Shown in pieces: positions 38,066-46,233 of a stretch of 64,000 nucleotides of DNA; the first letter of the stretch is position 1; the number at the start of each line of letters is the position of its first letter. A program made the position numbers and the translations under genes. The DNA lies in sequence record LC788709.1. One strand, 5' to 3'. This DNA is from Escherichia coli phage Shin27. The notes below the pieces were generated by a model. The model ran no database searches. It had not been told where the DNA came from and worked only from the letters and a program-made list of their open reading frames with translations.

Positions 38066-38224
38066 GCAATTTCCAGAAATGTGTTTTGGAAAAATGTCTC
38101 CTAGAAATAACCGCCCTCCCTATAACCGCCCTGTATTAAACCGCCTATTGCTGGAGTTTCTAGGAACATGAAAACCGCCTGAGTTGGCGAGAGTTTTCCT
38201 AGAAACTTAGGAGTCTACTAGAAA
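38036..38224. repeat. six TTCTAGAA-type palindromes interleaved with four (T/A)AACCGCC(C)T direct repeats
   Basis: The TAG-centred sites lie at 38036-45, 38071-80 (degenerate), 38098-107, 38157-66, 38195-205 and 38214-24. The AACCGCC repeats lie at 38108, 38123, 38137 and 38171. Confidence 0.75.
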
Positions 38225-38492
38225 GTGTTGTGCTATCCTAGCAGATGAGCGGCAACAGGTGTATCATCTTGAACATTAATTTATCTATTCAACAGTATTA
38301 GTTTTTATATAAGTATAAGATCCCCAGGGGATTGTGAGAGATGCTCCACCCCTGGGATACGAATTGCGTGAGATGGTACAAAACTTCTGAAGATTTCCCT
38401 AGCCCTCCGACAAGCTACGGGGGAAATAGAAGTTTCCCATCCACCATCCGTATCCGGGTGGATCTCTTTATTCTATGTTATTTCATAGAGTT

Positions 38493-38521
38493 ATTATAAC
38501 ATGCAGAAATCATAACGTCAA
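38493..38521 (-). promoter_or_regulatory. sigma70-type promoter reading into ORF-free hairpin-rich DNA
   Basis: Coding strand reads TTGACG, 17 nt, TATAAT, just downstream of the stop of the 296-aa gene. Confidence 0.5.
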
Positions 38522-38528
38522 GTAGAGT

Positions 38529-39419
38529 TTATTCATCGAACATGAGATTTCCTTTCATCCCCATCTCCGCATACTCCATGAGTTCTCCTAGGGATCTCAC
38601 AGGGTAATCTACTTTACTGAAGTTATCATAGATCTTACATGAACTCTCGTACAACTCGTTAGGTATCTGCAATTTGTTATCAGTTAGCTTCTCATAACGT
38701 GTAGAAGATTTTGTACCTTCAAACAGAACTGCAATAACTGCGGCGATTTGTTTGGTAAGATCATCTGCTCCTAGAATTATTCTATTAATAGCAATCGTTA
38801 CTTCATGCTTAGGTTTCACAGGTGGAAGGATAGGCTTGAGATCCTTAGGTAAAGGTTCTGTTCCTAGGAATCCTTCTTTTGTGCGGAACCAATAATTATC
38901 TAGATCAGATATTGTCTTAGACTTATTCCATATAGTGAAGCAAGGTTTATTTCCTTCACGATCTCTGTATTCACGAACTGGAAGATAATGATCAGGGAAT
39001 GAGTTGAGTGCATCATGCATTGGTGAGCCTGTCTTTTTAAATGACAAACCGTACAACTCATTATAATTCATAACTTCATCTTCATAAACATGGAAATCTT
39101 TATATGCTGGAAGATTAAACCATTCCTGAAGTGAATGAACTGCAAAACGTTGTGCCCAAGCATGCATCACAAGAACTCTGTACTCTTTTACTTCATCTTT
39201 TGGAGAAGTACCTCTAACTGTTCTAGCTGACCGAATACAGAACATCTCAACAACACGTCTCTCGTTTAAAGAAAGCTCAGAGTAACAACGTTCATGGCAA
39301 CCTTCTAGCATTTCTAGAAGTTCACGTAGTTTCTCTACATCGACCGGTGGAAAAGGTCTCTCTTCCACCGCGAATTTACCAACTACACCTTTCGGCTTTC
39401 TATTACTATAAAATCCCAT
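38529..39419 (-). CDS. hypothetical early protein
   Basis: 296-aa ORF, the last gene of the leftward early transcription unit. Confidence 0.6.
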   Translation of the reverse strand: MGFYSNRKPKGVVGKFAVEERPFPPVDVEKLRELLEMLEGCHERCYSELSLNERRVVEMFCIRSARTVRGTSPKDEVKEYRVLVMHAWAQRFAVHSLQEWFNLPAYKDFHVYEDEVMNYNELYGLSFKKTGSPMHDALNSFPDHYLPVREYRDREGNKPCFTIWNKSKTISDLDNYWFRTKEGFLGTEPLPKDLKPILPPVKPKHEVTIAINRIILGADDLTKQIAAVIAVLFEGTKSSTRYEKLTDNKLQIPNELYESSCKIYDNFSKVDYPVRSLGELMEYAEMGMKGNLMFDE

Positions 39420-40030
39420 TAACGACCTCTAGCCTTATCTGCATCAATAGCTTCGAATACTTTCGTTAACATTTCTTCAAGCTCACCTTCTTTGCTAGGA
39501 TTGCTCAAACGAATAGTATATGAGTTCCTAGAAACTCCTGAGTCTTCTTGTGCTCCGCGATCTTTTGCAAAGCCCATCATTGCAACGCCAGCTTTATTCC
39601 ACTCGTCTACGCTAGATGCTTCCCCAAATTTATATGATTGCGTATTGCTTACCACGCCACCACAAGGAACATTGTGCATATCCGGCATTAATCTTTTATC
39701 GGAATTATTCAGCATTGCGATTGGTCCCGACTGCCACGGATCTCGAATAGTCACTGGAGTACTCGGGCGGTTCACTTCAGTCTTCACGAGTTTGTATCCA
39801 GCATCGATTAGTGCATTAATCAGATTATCAGCCGGGATACGAGCCGTGCCAAAGATAGCACGAGCATTCATAAGCTTAGCCTGAAATTCCTTGCAACCTT
39901 GAAGATCAGTGTGCAAAAACGACAGTTGCATAGATTTAAACTGTACTGTAGCAGTCAGATCTTTAAAGCTGTAATCCCATGTGTCGAGTTCATGATCTGC
40001 AACTACTTTAATGGTTTGTTGTGTAAACAT
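39419..40030 (-). CDS. hypothetical early protein
   Basis: 203-aa ORF with start and stop overlapping the neighbouring genes. Confidence 0.6.
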   Translation of the reverse strand: MFTQQTIKVVADHELDTWDYSFKDLTATVQFKSMQLSFLHTDLQGCKEFQAKLMNARAIFGTARIPADNLINALIDAGYKLVKTEVNRPSTPVTIRDPWQSGPIAMLNNSDKRLMPDMHNVPCGGVVSNTQSYKFGEASSVDEWNKAGVAMMGFAKDRGAQEDSGVSRNSYTIRLSNPSKEGELEEMLTKVFEAIDADKARGR

Positions 40031-40215
40031 TATTTATTCTCCAGTTTATCTAACAGCTTACGAGCTGCGATATTGTGTTGTTTAATTTCTCTGTTAAGAA
40101 TCTCGTTCTCACAGTTTAACTCTAGATTCTTAGTATTAAGACGACTGCAAATCAGTATCAAGCCTAGAATAGTTAAGAGTGAACCGCCCAGTAATATAAG
40201 AAGTAATGTTTCCAT
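40030..40215 (-). CDS. small membrane protein
   Basis: 61-aa ORF with an N-terminal TM and a coiled-coil tail. Confidence 0.45.
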   Translation of the reverse strand: METLLLILLGGSLLTILGLILICSRLNTKNLELNCENEILNREIKQHNIAARKLLDKLENK

Positions 40216-40448
40216 TATTTGATTCCCATGTAACGTTTAAGATAAACAATGAAGTCTTCCGGTGCATGCTCTAGGCTACCTTGAGCCACGAATAACTTCA
40301 GAGCTTCACGTTGTAGTTTAAGAGTCGCCACCTCGCCACGTAACTTTGTTAGATCCTCTGCTAATTCTCTGGCTCTACGCATAATAACGAAAGATACAAG
40401 TATTACTATGAATAACATAACTACTAAGACGCTTGCTACAATTTCCAT
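40215..40448 (-). CDS. small membrane protein
   Basis: 77-aa ORF with an N-terminal TM (VASVLVVMLFIVILVSFVIM). Confidence 0.45.
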   Translation of the reverse strand: MEIVASVLVVMLFIVILVSFVIMRRARELAEDLTKLRGEVATLKLQREALKLFVAQGSLEHAPEDFIVYLKRYMGIK

Positions 40449-40735
40449 TAGTTACCCCAAATTAACATCCAACTCTTATCAAAGTTAGATACTCTATTAA
40501 TTAATTCGCCCATAGAAATGTTATTGTTGTCTATGGCTTCTTGTACAAACTCTTTACCGAAATCATCTACTAGGTATTCTGTACCATTTATAATAATCTT
40601 GTAGAGAGCTGGGACTAAAGGATGTTGATGATTAAGAGGACTCTCGTTAACAATTATCTCATTCTTTCCCCACGTCGTCTTGAACAGTTTGTGAGAGAGT
40701 AGAGCTAAGGGGTTTGACCAGACTACGTACTCCAT
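40448..40735 (-). CDS. hypothetical protein
   Basis: 95-aa ORF. It overlaps the upstream 180-aa ORF by 77 nt, so the start is uncertain. Confidence 0.4.
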   Translation of the reverse strand: MEYVVWSNPLALLSHKLFKTTWGKNEIIVNESPLNHQHPLVPALYKIIINGTEYLVDDFGKEFVQEAIDNNNISMGELINRVSNFDKSWMLIWGN

Positions 40736-41201
40736 CTTTCTTTAACTCCTGTTTTAACTTTTGATCTTTATTATACCAAATTATGTGCTCACCGTCAACT
40801 ACAAATTTGTGGAAAGGTGCTGGTACGGTGTACACTCCATATTCTGTTAAGCGTGTCACAACTTTATGTGCACATAATCGGCAACCATGTCCTTCTAAGT
40901 GAGACCGTGCAGTTTGCAAGAAGTAACCATCATGATCTGGACAATAGATCTCAACTTGCTGTTGCATAGTTCTATACTTAACTCTCTCGTATCCAAAGAA
41001 CTTACCATGTGCTTCTACAGCTCTCCTGATAAAGATTAGATTAAGTGCATCTTGCTGGAAGTCTGGATGAAGTTGTTTGAGTTTAATTCTATTAATAGAT
41101 CCATCTGATTTAGTGAATCTATTTATGGGAAACTGTAATGCTTCCTCATAAAGTAATTCGTTTATTTTATCTCTCATAGTATACACGAAAGGCCAGAACA
41201 A
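40659..41201 (-). CDS. hypothetical protein with zinc-ribbon-like motif
   Basis: 180-aa ORF. The segment VEIYCPDHDGYFLQTARSHLEGHGCRLC resembles the Cys/His motif of some phage homing-endonuclease-like proteins. This is a weak call. Confidence 0.5.
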   Translation of the reverse strand: MFWPFVYTMRDKINELLYEEALQFPINRFTKSDGSINRIKLKQLHPDFQQDALNLIFIRRAVEAHGKFFGYERVKYRTMQQQVEIYCPDHDGYFLQTARSHLEGHGCRLCAHKVVTRLTEYGVYTVPAPFHKFVVDGEHIIWYNKDQKLKQELKKDGVRSLVKPLSSTLSQTVQDDVGKE

Positions 41202-41222
41202 TTAAGTCCTGGCCTCTAGAAA

Positions 41223-41645
41223 TTAGGTAGCGTCAATGCTCACTAAATCCGTTATAAATTCACCTGATTCCATAGGGATAGAGATCGCAGGGTCACATTC
41301 ACAGGAGGTTATCCATTCGTCCCATTTACTATCAAGTAAAGAGATAAAGCTATCAGGACTTCCTCTTTCTTTATACCTAGCTAAATATTCTTCTTTTAGC
41401 TCTCGTTCTGGATAAAGCAAAATAAAATCTATTCCAGCAGCATGAAGAGCATCTCGTACTTCTTTATGGCTAGAAACTAAGATCAGTTTACCTTCTTCTA
41501 TAGCTTGTGAAATGTGCTCAATATAGTTTGCTGGAAAGTTATCCTTCGGGAACTTAGAAGAATCCGAATCTAGTACACGTGGAAAACACTTAGTGAAGTA
41601 AGTCTTACCGCACCCTGGAAAAGCAGATATAACATTAAATTGCAT
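41223..41645 (-). CDS. P-loop NTPase/kinase-like protein
   Basis: 140-aa ORF with an N-terminal Walker A (SAFPGCGKTYF). Confidence 0.6.
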   Translation of the reverse strand: MQFNVISAFPGCGKTYFTKCFPRVLDSDSSKFPKDNFPANYIEHISQAIEEGKLILVSSHKEVRDALHAAGIDFILLYPERELKEEYLARYKERGSPDSFISLLDSKWDEWITSCECDPAISIPMESGEFITDLVSIDAT

Positions 41646-41655
41646 AATTATTTCC

Positions 41656-42039
41656 TTAATGAAGTTGCTTGCCGTTTAAGGCCATATCAGCGGTTTCCAG
41701 AAGAGATTCAGTAATCTCACGAGAAACTAGATATTCATCAATTGAGTGGCGGCGTTTGCAGGCATAAGCATTAACAATCAGATCTAGAGCACCAAGAACA
41801 TCATGAATAGTTACTTCTTCATCCTTGTCTAACTCTTCTTTGGTAATCTCAATTAACTGGCCAACTGCCATTAAAAGCCCAAGAATATCTGCTGTTTCGC
41901 CTGCCACCAGCGGATTAGCACATCCTACTGTAAGATCGAAAGCATGATTGACAATTGACTGCCCATCAACGCTTCCTTCCTCAATCTGCTTCTCCAACTG
42001 CTTCATCTGCTCTAGCACTGGATTTTTCTTTTGTGTCAT
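41656..42039 (-). CDS. hypothetical protein
   Basis: Start chosen at the internal Met (MTQKKNPVLEQ) with an AGGAAA SD. The track ORF extends to 42105. Confidence 0.45.
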   Translation of the reverse strand: MTQKKNPVLEQMKQLEKQIEEGSVDGQSIVNHAFDLTVGCANPLVAGETADILGLLMAVGQLIEITKEELDKDEEVTIHDVLGALDLIVNAYACKRRHSIDEYLVSREITESLLETADMALNGKQLH

Positions 42040-42448
42040 GGTAAAGATTTCCTGTATCAGTTGGAAGGAATGCCGATTGTGCCTTCGGCGGATGTTGTTT
42101 AGCAATCCAGTTGAGGATCAGTACACGGCTAGGAACGATATCGGTATTATACCAGAAATCATGAACCCAATGTCGTGCATTTTCAAACTTACCGAACTTA
42201 TACGCTTTCTTGAACAGCTCAAAACCAAAACAGTCAGGTGCAAAATCTACATCACGATAAGGAATTACCTTAGATCCGGTGAGATCTTGAATCGCTGCGT
42301 TAATCTCTGTATGCGAGAACTTCGTTTCATGGAAAGTATTAAAGAAGCGGTAATTAAAACGTCCGTTCGTTTCGACAAACAACTGGATGAATAAATCATT
42401 AAATTGGCCATCAAACCAGTAATTCTGTAATCTTTGCAGTGCTGTCAT
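41981..42448 (-). CDS. hypothetical protein
   Basis: 155-aa ORF. Its 3' end overlaps the next ORF by 59-125 nt. Confidence 0.5.
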   Translation of the reverse strand: MTALQRLQNYWFDGQFNDLFIQLFVETNGRFNYRFFNTFHETKFSHTEINAAIQDLTGSKVIPYRDVDFAPDCFGFELFKKAYKFGKFENARHWVHDFWYNTDIVPSRVLILNWIAKQHPPKAQSAFLPTDTGNLYHDTKEKSSARADEAVGEAD

Positions 42449-42645
42449 TTACGAACCCCATTTATTGCTGCGATAACGCCTTCATACATGAAAGGAAGAA
42501 CTTGTGAAATGTGGAAATCTTGGACTGTCCAACCAGCTTCTTGATACATAATGTTAATGATTGCACAACTTAACATAAAAGCTGGTAGAATTATAAAGTA
42601 ATCCCACGTTGCTTTCTGCAAGTTAGGGTTATAAAAATTAATCAT
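42445..42645 (-). CDS. small membrane protein
   Basis: 66-aa ORF with a hydrophobic core (WDYFIILPAFMLSCAIINIM). Confidence 0.45.
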   Translation of the reverse strand: MINFYNPNLQKATWDYFIILPAFMLSCAIINIMYQEAGWTVQDFHISQVLPFMYEGVIAAINGVRK

Positions 42646-42749
42646 CTGTTTTTAAGTCTCCGTATTACTTTGGCCTGCTCAACGATTATGAAAGCGGCAA
42701 CCACTAAACCGAAGATTAGGATTGCCGTAACAGTTGTTAAATCAATCAA
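42642..42749 (-). CDS. possible small membrane peptide (35 aa, TTG start)
   Basis: It fills an otherwise empty gap. The TTG overlaps the upstream TGA and the stop overlaps the next ATG (ATGA). The core is hydrophobic (AILIFGLVVAAFIIV). Confidence 0.3.
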   Translation of the reverse strand: MIDLTTVTAILIFGLVVAAFIIVEQAKVIRRLKNR

Positions 42750-43078
42750 GGCAGACGCCAAATATAATGGGCTGTCCAAAGTGTTTCTGGTTCATCGTCA
42801 TGATGCATCACTAGGGACTCTGGAGAATAACTATTAGCCAGTTCTTTACGAACCATCTCACGTTCTTCGCCAGTTTCAATATTTTTAACAATCACTTTCA
42901 TATTAAGAGGAGTTAGCTCAGAAAGTGGTCGCCATAAGTCTTCCAGATCTGTTTTAGTTTTATTCTGGATGGATTGCAAGACTTCTAGTGTCTGAGGATC
43001 TACATTAATAAACCCACGTTCAGTAACAAAACCTAGAAACTCGTCCAGCAGGGTTAATTCACTAAAATTAAGCTTCAT
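42746..43078 (-). CDS. hypothetical protein
   Basis: 110-aa ORF. Confidence 0.55.
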   Translation of the reverse strand: MKLNFSELTLLDEFLGFVTERGFINVDPQTLEVLQSIQNKTKTDLEDLWRPLSELTPLNMKVIVKNIETGEEREMVRKELANSYSPESLVMHHDDEPETLWTAHYIWRLP

Positions 43079-43313
43079 CTTTCAGAATATCCTCGATCAT
43101 GTCAGAAGATTGCTGTAGTTCGTCTACAATGCGTTTAACGTCAGTTTTTGTCACTTTACAGGCCAACATCGTGAACAGCATTGCAACGATGATGATAGGA
43201 ACTGGCAGAACAAACAGTGCTACTTTAGCAACGTTCTTCGGGGTCCAGGTATGATACTTAGTAACCAGAACACCAACAATAACCAGATAAAAAGCTAAGA
43301 TAATTAACATCAT
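43068..43313 (-). CDS. small membrane protein
   Basis: 81-aa ORF with two TM segments. Confidence 0.5.
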   Translation of the reverse strand: MMLIILAFYLVIVGVLVTKYHTWTPKNVAKVALFVLPVPIIIVAMLFTMLACKVTKTDVKRIVDELQQSSDMIEDILKDEA

Positions 43314-43591
43314 TTCTTAATCTCCGTGATTACCTGAGCGCGCAGGACTTTAATAGGAAGTTTAGTGTTACCAACAAGAGTTTCAATATTCGTTAGCTTT
43401 TCTTTAAGAAGATCTGAGCGTCTTTGTGCTAATTCGATATCTTCTTCCTGTTCAACGAGACGTTTAACTAGCCCATCATTGGTGAGGCGCATCCTATCCA
43501 TATTTTTATTAGCATTAATAATGCCAATGATTCCACCAATTGCTGCTAAAGTCGTGAGAACCAGTAATCCAATTAAAATTTCTGTTATCAT
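43310..43591 (-). CDS. membrane-anchored coiled-coil protein
   Basis: 93-aa ORF with an N-terminal TM and a helical tail. Confidence 0.5.
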   Translation of the reverse strand: MITEILIGLLVLTTLAAIGGIIGIINANKNMDRMRLTNDGLVKRLVEQEEDIELAQRRSDLLKEKLTNIETLVGNTKLPIKVLRAQVITEIKK

Positions 43592-43995
43592 TTAAATACT
43601 CCATTAGCACACCACATGGATGGTGGGACTTCTTCTACATTTCCATAAAATTTGATCTTAAATAAGACACTACCTTTATTTTGGCAGAAAATCTTTCCTT
43701 CCTCTACCATAATTTTTGCTTGATTTGTGTCACCAGATCTTAAAACATCTATTACTGTAACCCCTGTAAATCTGGAGAATTGTTCATCAGCATATTCACC
43801 TTGTTGACGGTGTCTCTGCTCCATTTCCATGGCTGCTTTCTTTGCCTCTTCCCATTTATCCTTATGCTGGGTTGGGGCTTCCTTAACTTCTACTTTATCA
43901 CGCTGGTTAAGCATGAAATCGGTAACACCGAGTGTGATAGCTAGAGAGACTAGGGCATTCAGCCCTAGTACAAGTAAGAATTTTCCATTAGTCAT
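43588..43995 (-). CDS. membrane-anchored protein
   Basis: 135-aa ORF with an N-terminal TM or signal anchor (FLLVLGLNALVSLAITLGV). Confidence 0.5.
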   Translation of the reverse strand: MTNGKFLLVLGLNALVSLAITLGVTDFMLNQRDKVEVKEAPTQHKDKWEEAKKAAMEMEQRHRQQGEYADEQFSRFTGVTVIDVLRSGDTNQAKIMVEEGKIFCQNKGSVLFKIKFYGNVEEVPPSMWCANGVFK

Positions 43996-44264
43996 TATTT
44001 CTTACCTTTCAGTTGCTTAACTTCACGCTCAAAAGATGCTGCACGACGTTCGGCAGTTGCCTGATGCTCTTTCGCAAAACGTGCTTCTTGTTTCGCAAGG
44101 TTGAATGCCATAGCATTCTTGTTCAGAGAATCATACATCTTTTTCATTGCCGGAATAGACATCTTCATGAGCTGACCTTCAAACCCTTGCATGTCCAACA
44201 GGATAGCCAATACGTTTGCCATTTCAGTTTTAGTCATGTTTTCCATTTGAACTTCCTCTCTCAT
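43995..44264 (-). CDS. hypothetical protein
   Basis: 89-aa ORF, the first gene behind the early promoter at 44279-44307. Confidence 0.55.
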   Translation of the reverse strand: MREEVQMENMTKTEMANVLAILLDMQGFEGQLMKMSIPAMKKMYDSLNKNAMAFNLAKQEARFAKEHQATAERRAASFEREVKQLKGKK

Positions 44265-44278
44265 TAATTTATAAATAT

Positions 44279-44307
44279 ATTATATAAGATTTCTGGACAT
44301 TTAGCAA
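44279..44307 (-). promoter_or_regulatory. T5 early-type sigma70 promoter
   Basis: TTGCTA, 17 nt, TATAAT, then an AT-rich leader ...AATTAATGAGAGAGG SD. Confidence 0.7.
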
Positions 44308-44312
44308 GTAAA

Positions 44313-44843
44313 TTATTTATTTAATTCTTCTAATGCTGGAAGCAACCCGCGAAAGACTTCCTTAACTGCTAGCTCTCCGTGAAGCTCTTCCCTTAGTATA
44401 TTAGCTGCTTCAACAGCTAAATTTAGATCTTGGTATCTAAAGTAGCCACCATGTACTGGAGTACTTTCAGAATTTCTGGCTTGGACTCTCCATTGCTGGA
44501 GATCTTTCTTCCAGCTAACCCCTAGATATCCAGAATTAGATTGTGCGACTTTATTACGATTATTTTCCTGAGATGTGGCATCCTTTAGATTACACCATCT
44601 GTTATCTTTTCTTATATTATTTAAGTGATGAACTAAACCTGGGATATAACCCTCCATATACAGGAAAGCTAATCTATGGGCTGCATATCTTTTTCTGTTT
44701 ATCCCGATAAATATATAACCATCTTTATCGGGACTGCCAGCGATAGCTCCAGCTTTAGCTCTACCCTTACTGACTTTCCTTATAAAGTCTCCTGTATCGG
44801 GATTATATTCAAATAGTTCTTTTAGTAGTTCTTGTGTTATCAT
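44313..44843 (-). CDS. HNH homing endonuclease with AP2-type DNA-binding domain
   Basis: 176-aa ORF with an HNH region (HRLAFLYMEGYIPGLVHHLNNIRKDNRWCNL) and an AP2-like region (YLGVSWKKDLQQWRVQARN). Confidence 0.75.
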   Translation of the reverse strand: MITQELLKELFEYNPDTGDFIRKVSKGRAKAGAIAGSPDKDGYIFIGINRKRYAAHRLAFLYMEGYIPGLVHHLNNIRKDNRWCNLKDATSQENNRNKVAQSNSGYLGVSWKKDLQQWRVQARNSESTPVHGGYFRYQDLNLAVEAANILREELHGELAVKEVFRGLLPALEELNK

Positions 44844-45275
44844 TTACCAATCGTTAACGAAACCTGAGAACTCAGAAGCAAAGACTAACTCAAATTTCTC
44901 AGCAATTTCAGGATGATCTTTACAGATCAGTTCAATGCACTTCTCAGGTTCCATACCATCTTCTTCAGGATCACCGTAATACTTGTCCCAAAGATCATCA
45001 GGAATAACTTGCTCAGCTAGATCTTGGAAGTTCACTAACTGATAGCGTGGAGTATCCTCATTAATAAAGATCTCATGCAATTCCTCAGATACTTCTCCCT
45101 TATAATCGGAAATTAGCAGAGCATTGCAAGCAAAACATTCCCACATCATCAAACGCTCAGAAATCGGGTTCGATTTGTCTTGAACATAGGACTGAAAGAC
45201 TGCCTTAAAAGTAGCTTTAACTTGCTCAAACTTATCTGCTGTTGCGATTAAAAGTGCTTTATCAATCTTTTGCAT
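44844..45275 (-). CDS. hypothetical acidic protein
   Basis: 143-aa Asp/Glu-rich ORF, the first gene behind the promoter at 45306-45334. Confidence 0.55.
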   Translation of the reverse strand: MQKIDKALLIATADKFEQVKATFKAVFQSYVQDKSNPISERLMMWECFACNALLISDYKGEVSEELHEIFINEDTPRYQLVNFQDLAEQVIPDDLWDKYYGDPEEDGMEPEKCIELICKDHPEIAEKFELVFASEFSGFVNDW

Positions 45276-45305
45276 TTTGATTCCTTCTCATCAATTTATA
45301 AAGTA

Positions 45306-45334
45306 ATTATACAGAAAACTAAGCATTTTAGCAA
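45306..45334 (-). promoter_or_regulatory. T5 early-type sigma70 promoter
   Basis: TTGCTA, 17 nt, TATAAT, then leader ...AAATTGATGAGAAGGAA. Confidence 0.7.
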
Positions 45335-45436
45335 ATGAAGTTTTAAAATAAAAGGCCTAAGCCTAGGCCCGTAAAGAAAGAGATAAGAACTACTATCCCT
45401 ATTGCTATAAATATCTCACGAGCCATGCCATCAAAA

Positions 45437-46027
45437 TCAAACATTGATATCTCCCCTCAATACCGCTGCCACATCTTCATCGATTTGGAGTATTTCACCA
45501 GTAGTGCAGTTAACCACTTTATCATAGCTTGTGAACTTGCCAGACACAATATCCTCTAGAGGAATAGGAGTCTTGCTCATCTCAAAAGAGACGTTGATAT
45601 AACGTGGGTCACGCACAGAATTGGTGTGCACATGTCCGTGAATGTTTAGCTTACCACGAAGTTCTGCTTCGTGCAATGGACAATGTGACAGCCAAAACTT
45701 CTTGCCACCACCTGTTTGCTTACCTAGAGCCTGAATATCATCATAAACGTCTACAAGATCTTTAATACGCAGACCCTGACGTTCAGCATCGTGGTTGCCC
45801 ATGATTAATTGGTTAGGCACATTGTAGATAACCGACTTCAATTTAGCCAACCCTTCACGCCCCACGGCAATATCTCCTAGCAATACAAGTTTTGTACGCT
45901 TGCCAATGTGCTTGGACAAAGTATCTAGGATATATTCATCGTGCTCTTTCCTGTTCTTAAACCACGGACGGAAGCGAAGAGTTCCAGGATGGTCTAGGTG
46001 CAAATCCGACCAGAATTTAACTTTCAT
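45437..46027 (-). CDS. metallophosphoesterase
   Basis: 196-aa ORF with motifs SDLHLDH, LLGDI, GNHD and HGHVH. Confidence 0.75.
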   Translation of the reverse strand: MKVKFWSDLHLDHPGTLRFRPWFKNRKEHDEYILDTLSKHIGKRTKLVLLGDIAVGREGLAKLKSVIYNVPNQLIMGNHDAERQGLRIKDLVDVYDDIQALGKQTGGGKKFWLSHCPLHEAELRGKLNIHGHVHTNSVRDPRYINVSFEMSKTPIPLEDIVSGKFTSYDKVVNCTTGEILQIDEDVAAVLRGDINV

Positions 46028-46233
46028 TACTTATTCCTTACACAAGTTGAGGTAATAGTATAACTATCGTAGAATATACCTTTTGTGAGTCCAATTTGGA
46101 TGCTGGAATTATCCAGCTTACCTCCAGCTACGTCACACAAGTGTCTAGTATCTTCTGCGGTGAATCTCATACTATTATCATAAGGATCACATCCAGCTAG
46201 TATTAGTACTGATACTAGTAGTAATCTCTTCAT
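46027..46233 (-). CDS. lipoprotein
   Basis: 68-aa ORF with a signal peptide and lipobox (MKRLLLVSVLILAGC). Confidence 0.6.
   Translation of the reverse strand: MKRLLLVSVLILAGCDPYDNSMRFTAEDTRHLCDVAGGKLDNSSIQIGLTKGIFYDSYTITSTCVRNK

Noticed and set aside
39492-40222. Plus-strand ORFs of 130 and 107 aa.
   Set aside because: They are antisense to tightly packed minus-strand early genes, have no RBS or promoter, and their composition is consistent with shadow frames.
45343-45426. A 27-aa hydrophobic mini-ORF (MAREIFIAIGIVVLISFFTGLGLGLLF). A 42-aa ORF at 57433-57561 was also noticed.
   Set aside because: They are very short, have weak or no SD, and lack comparative support. They are noted only as possibilities.
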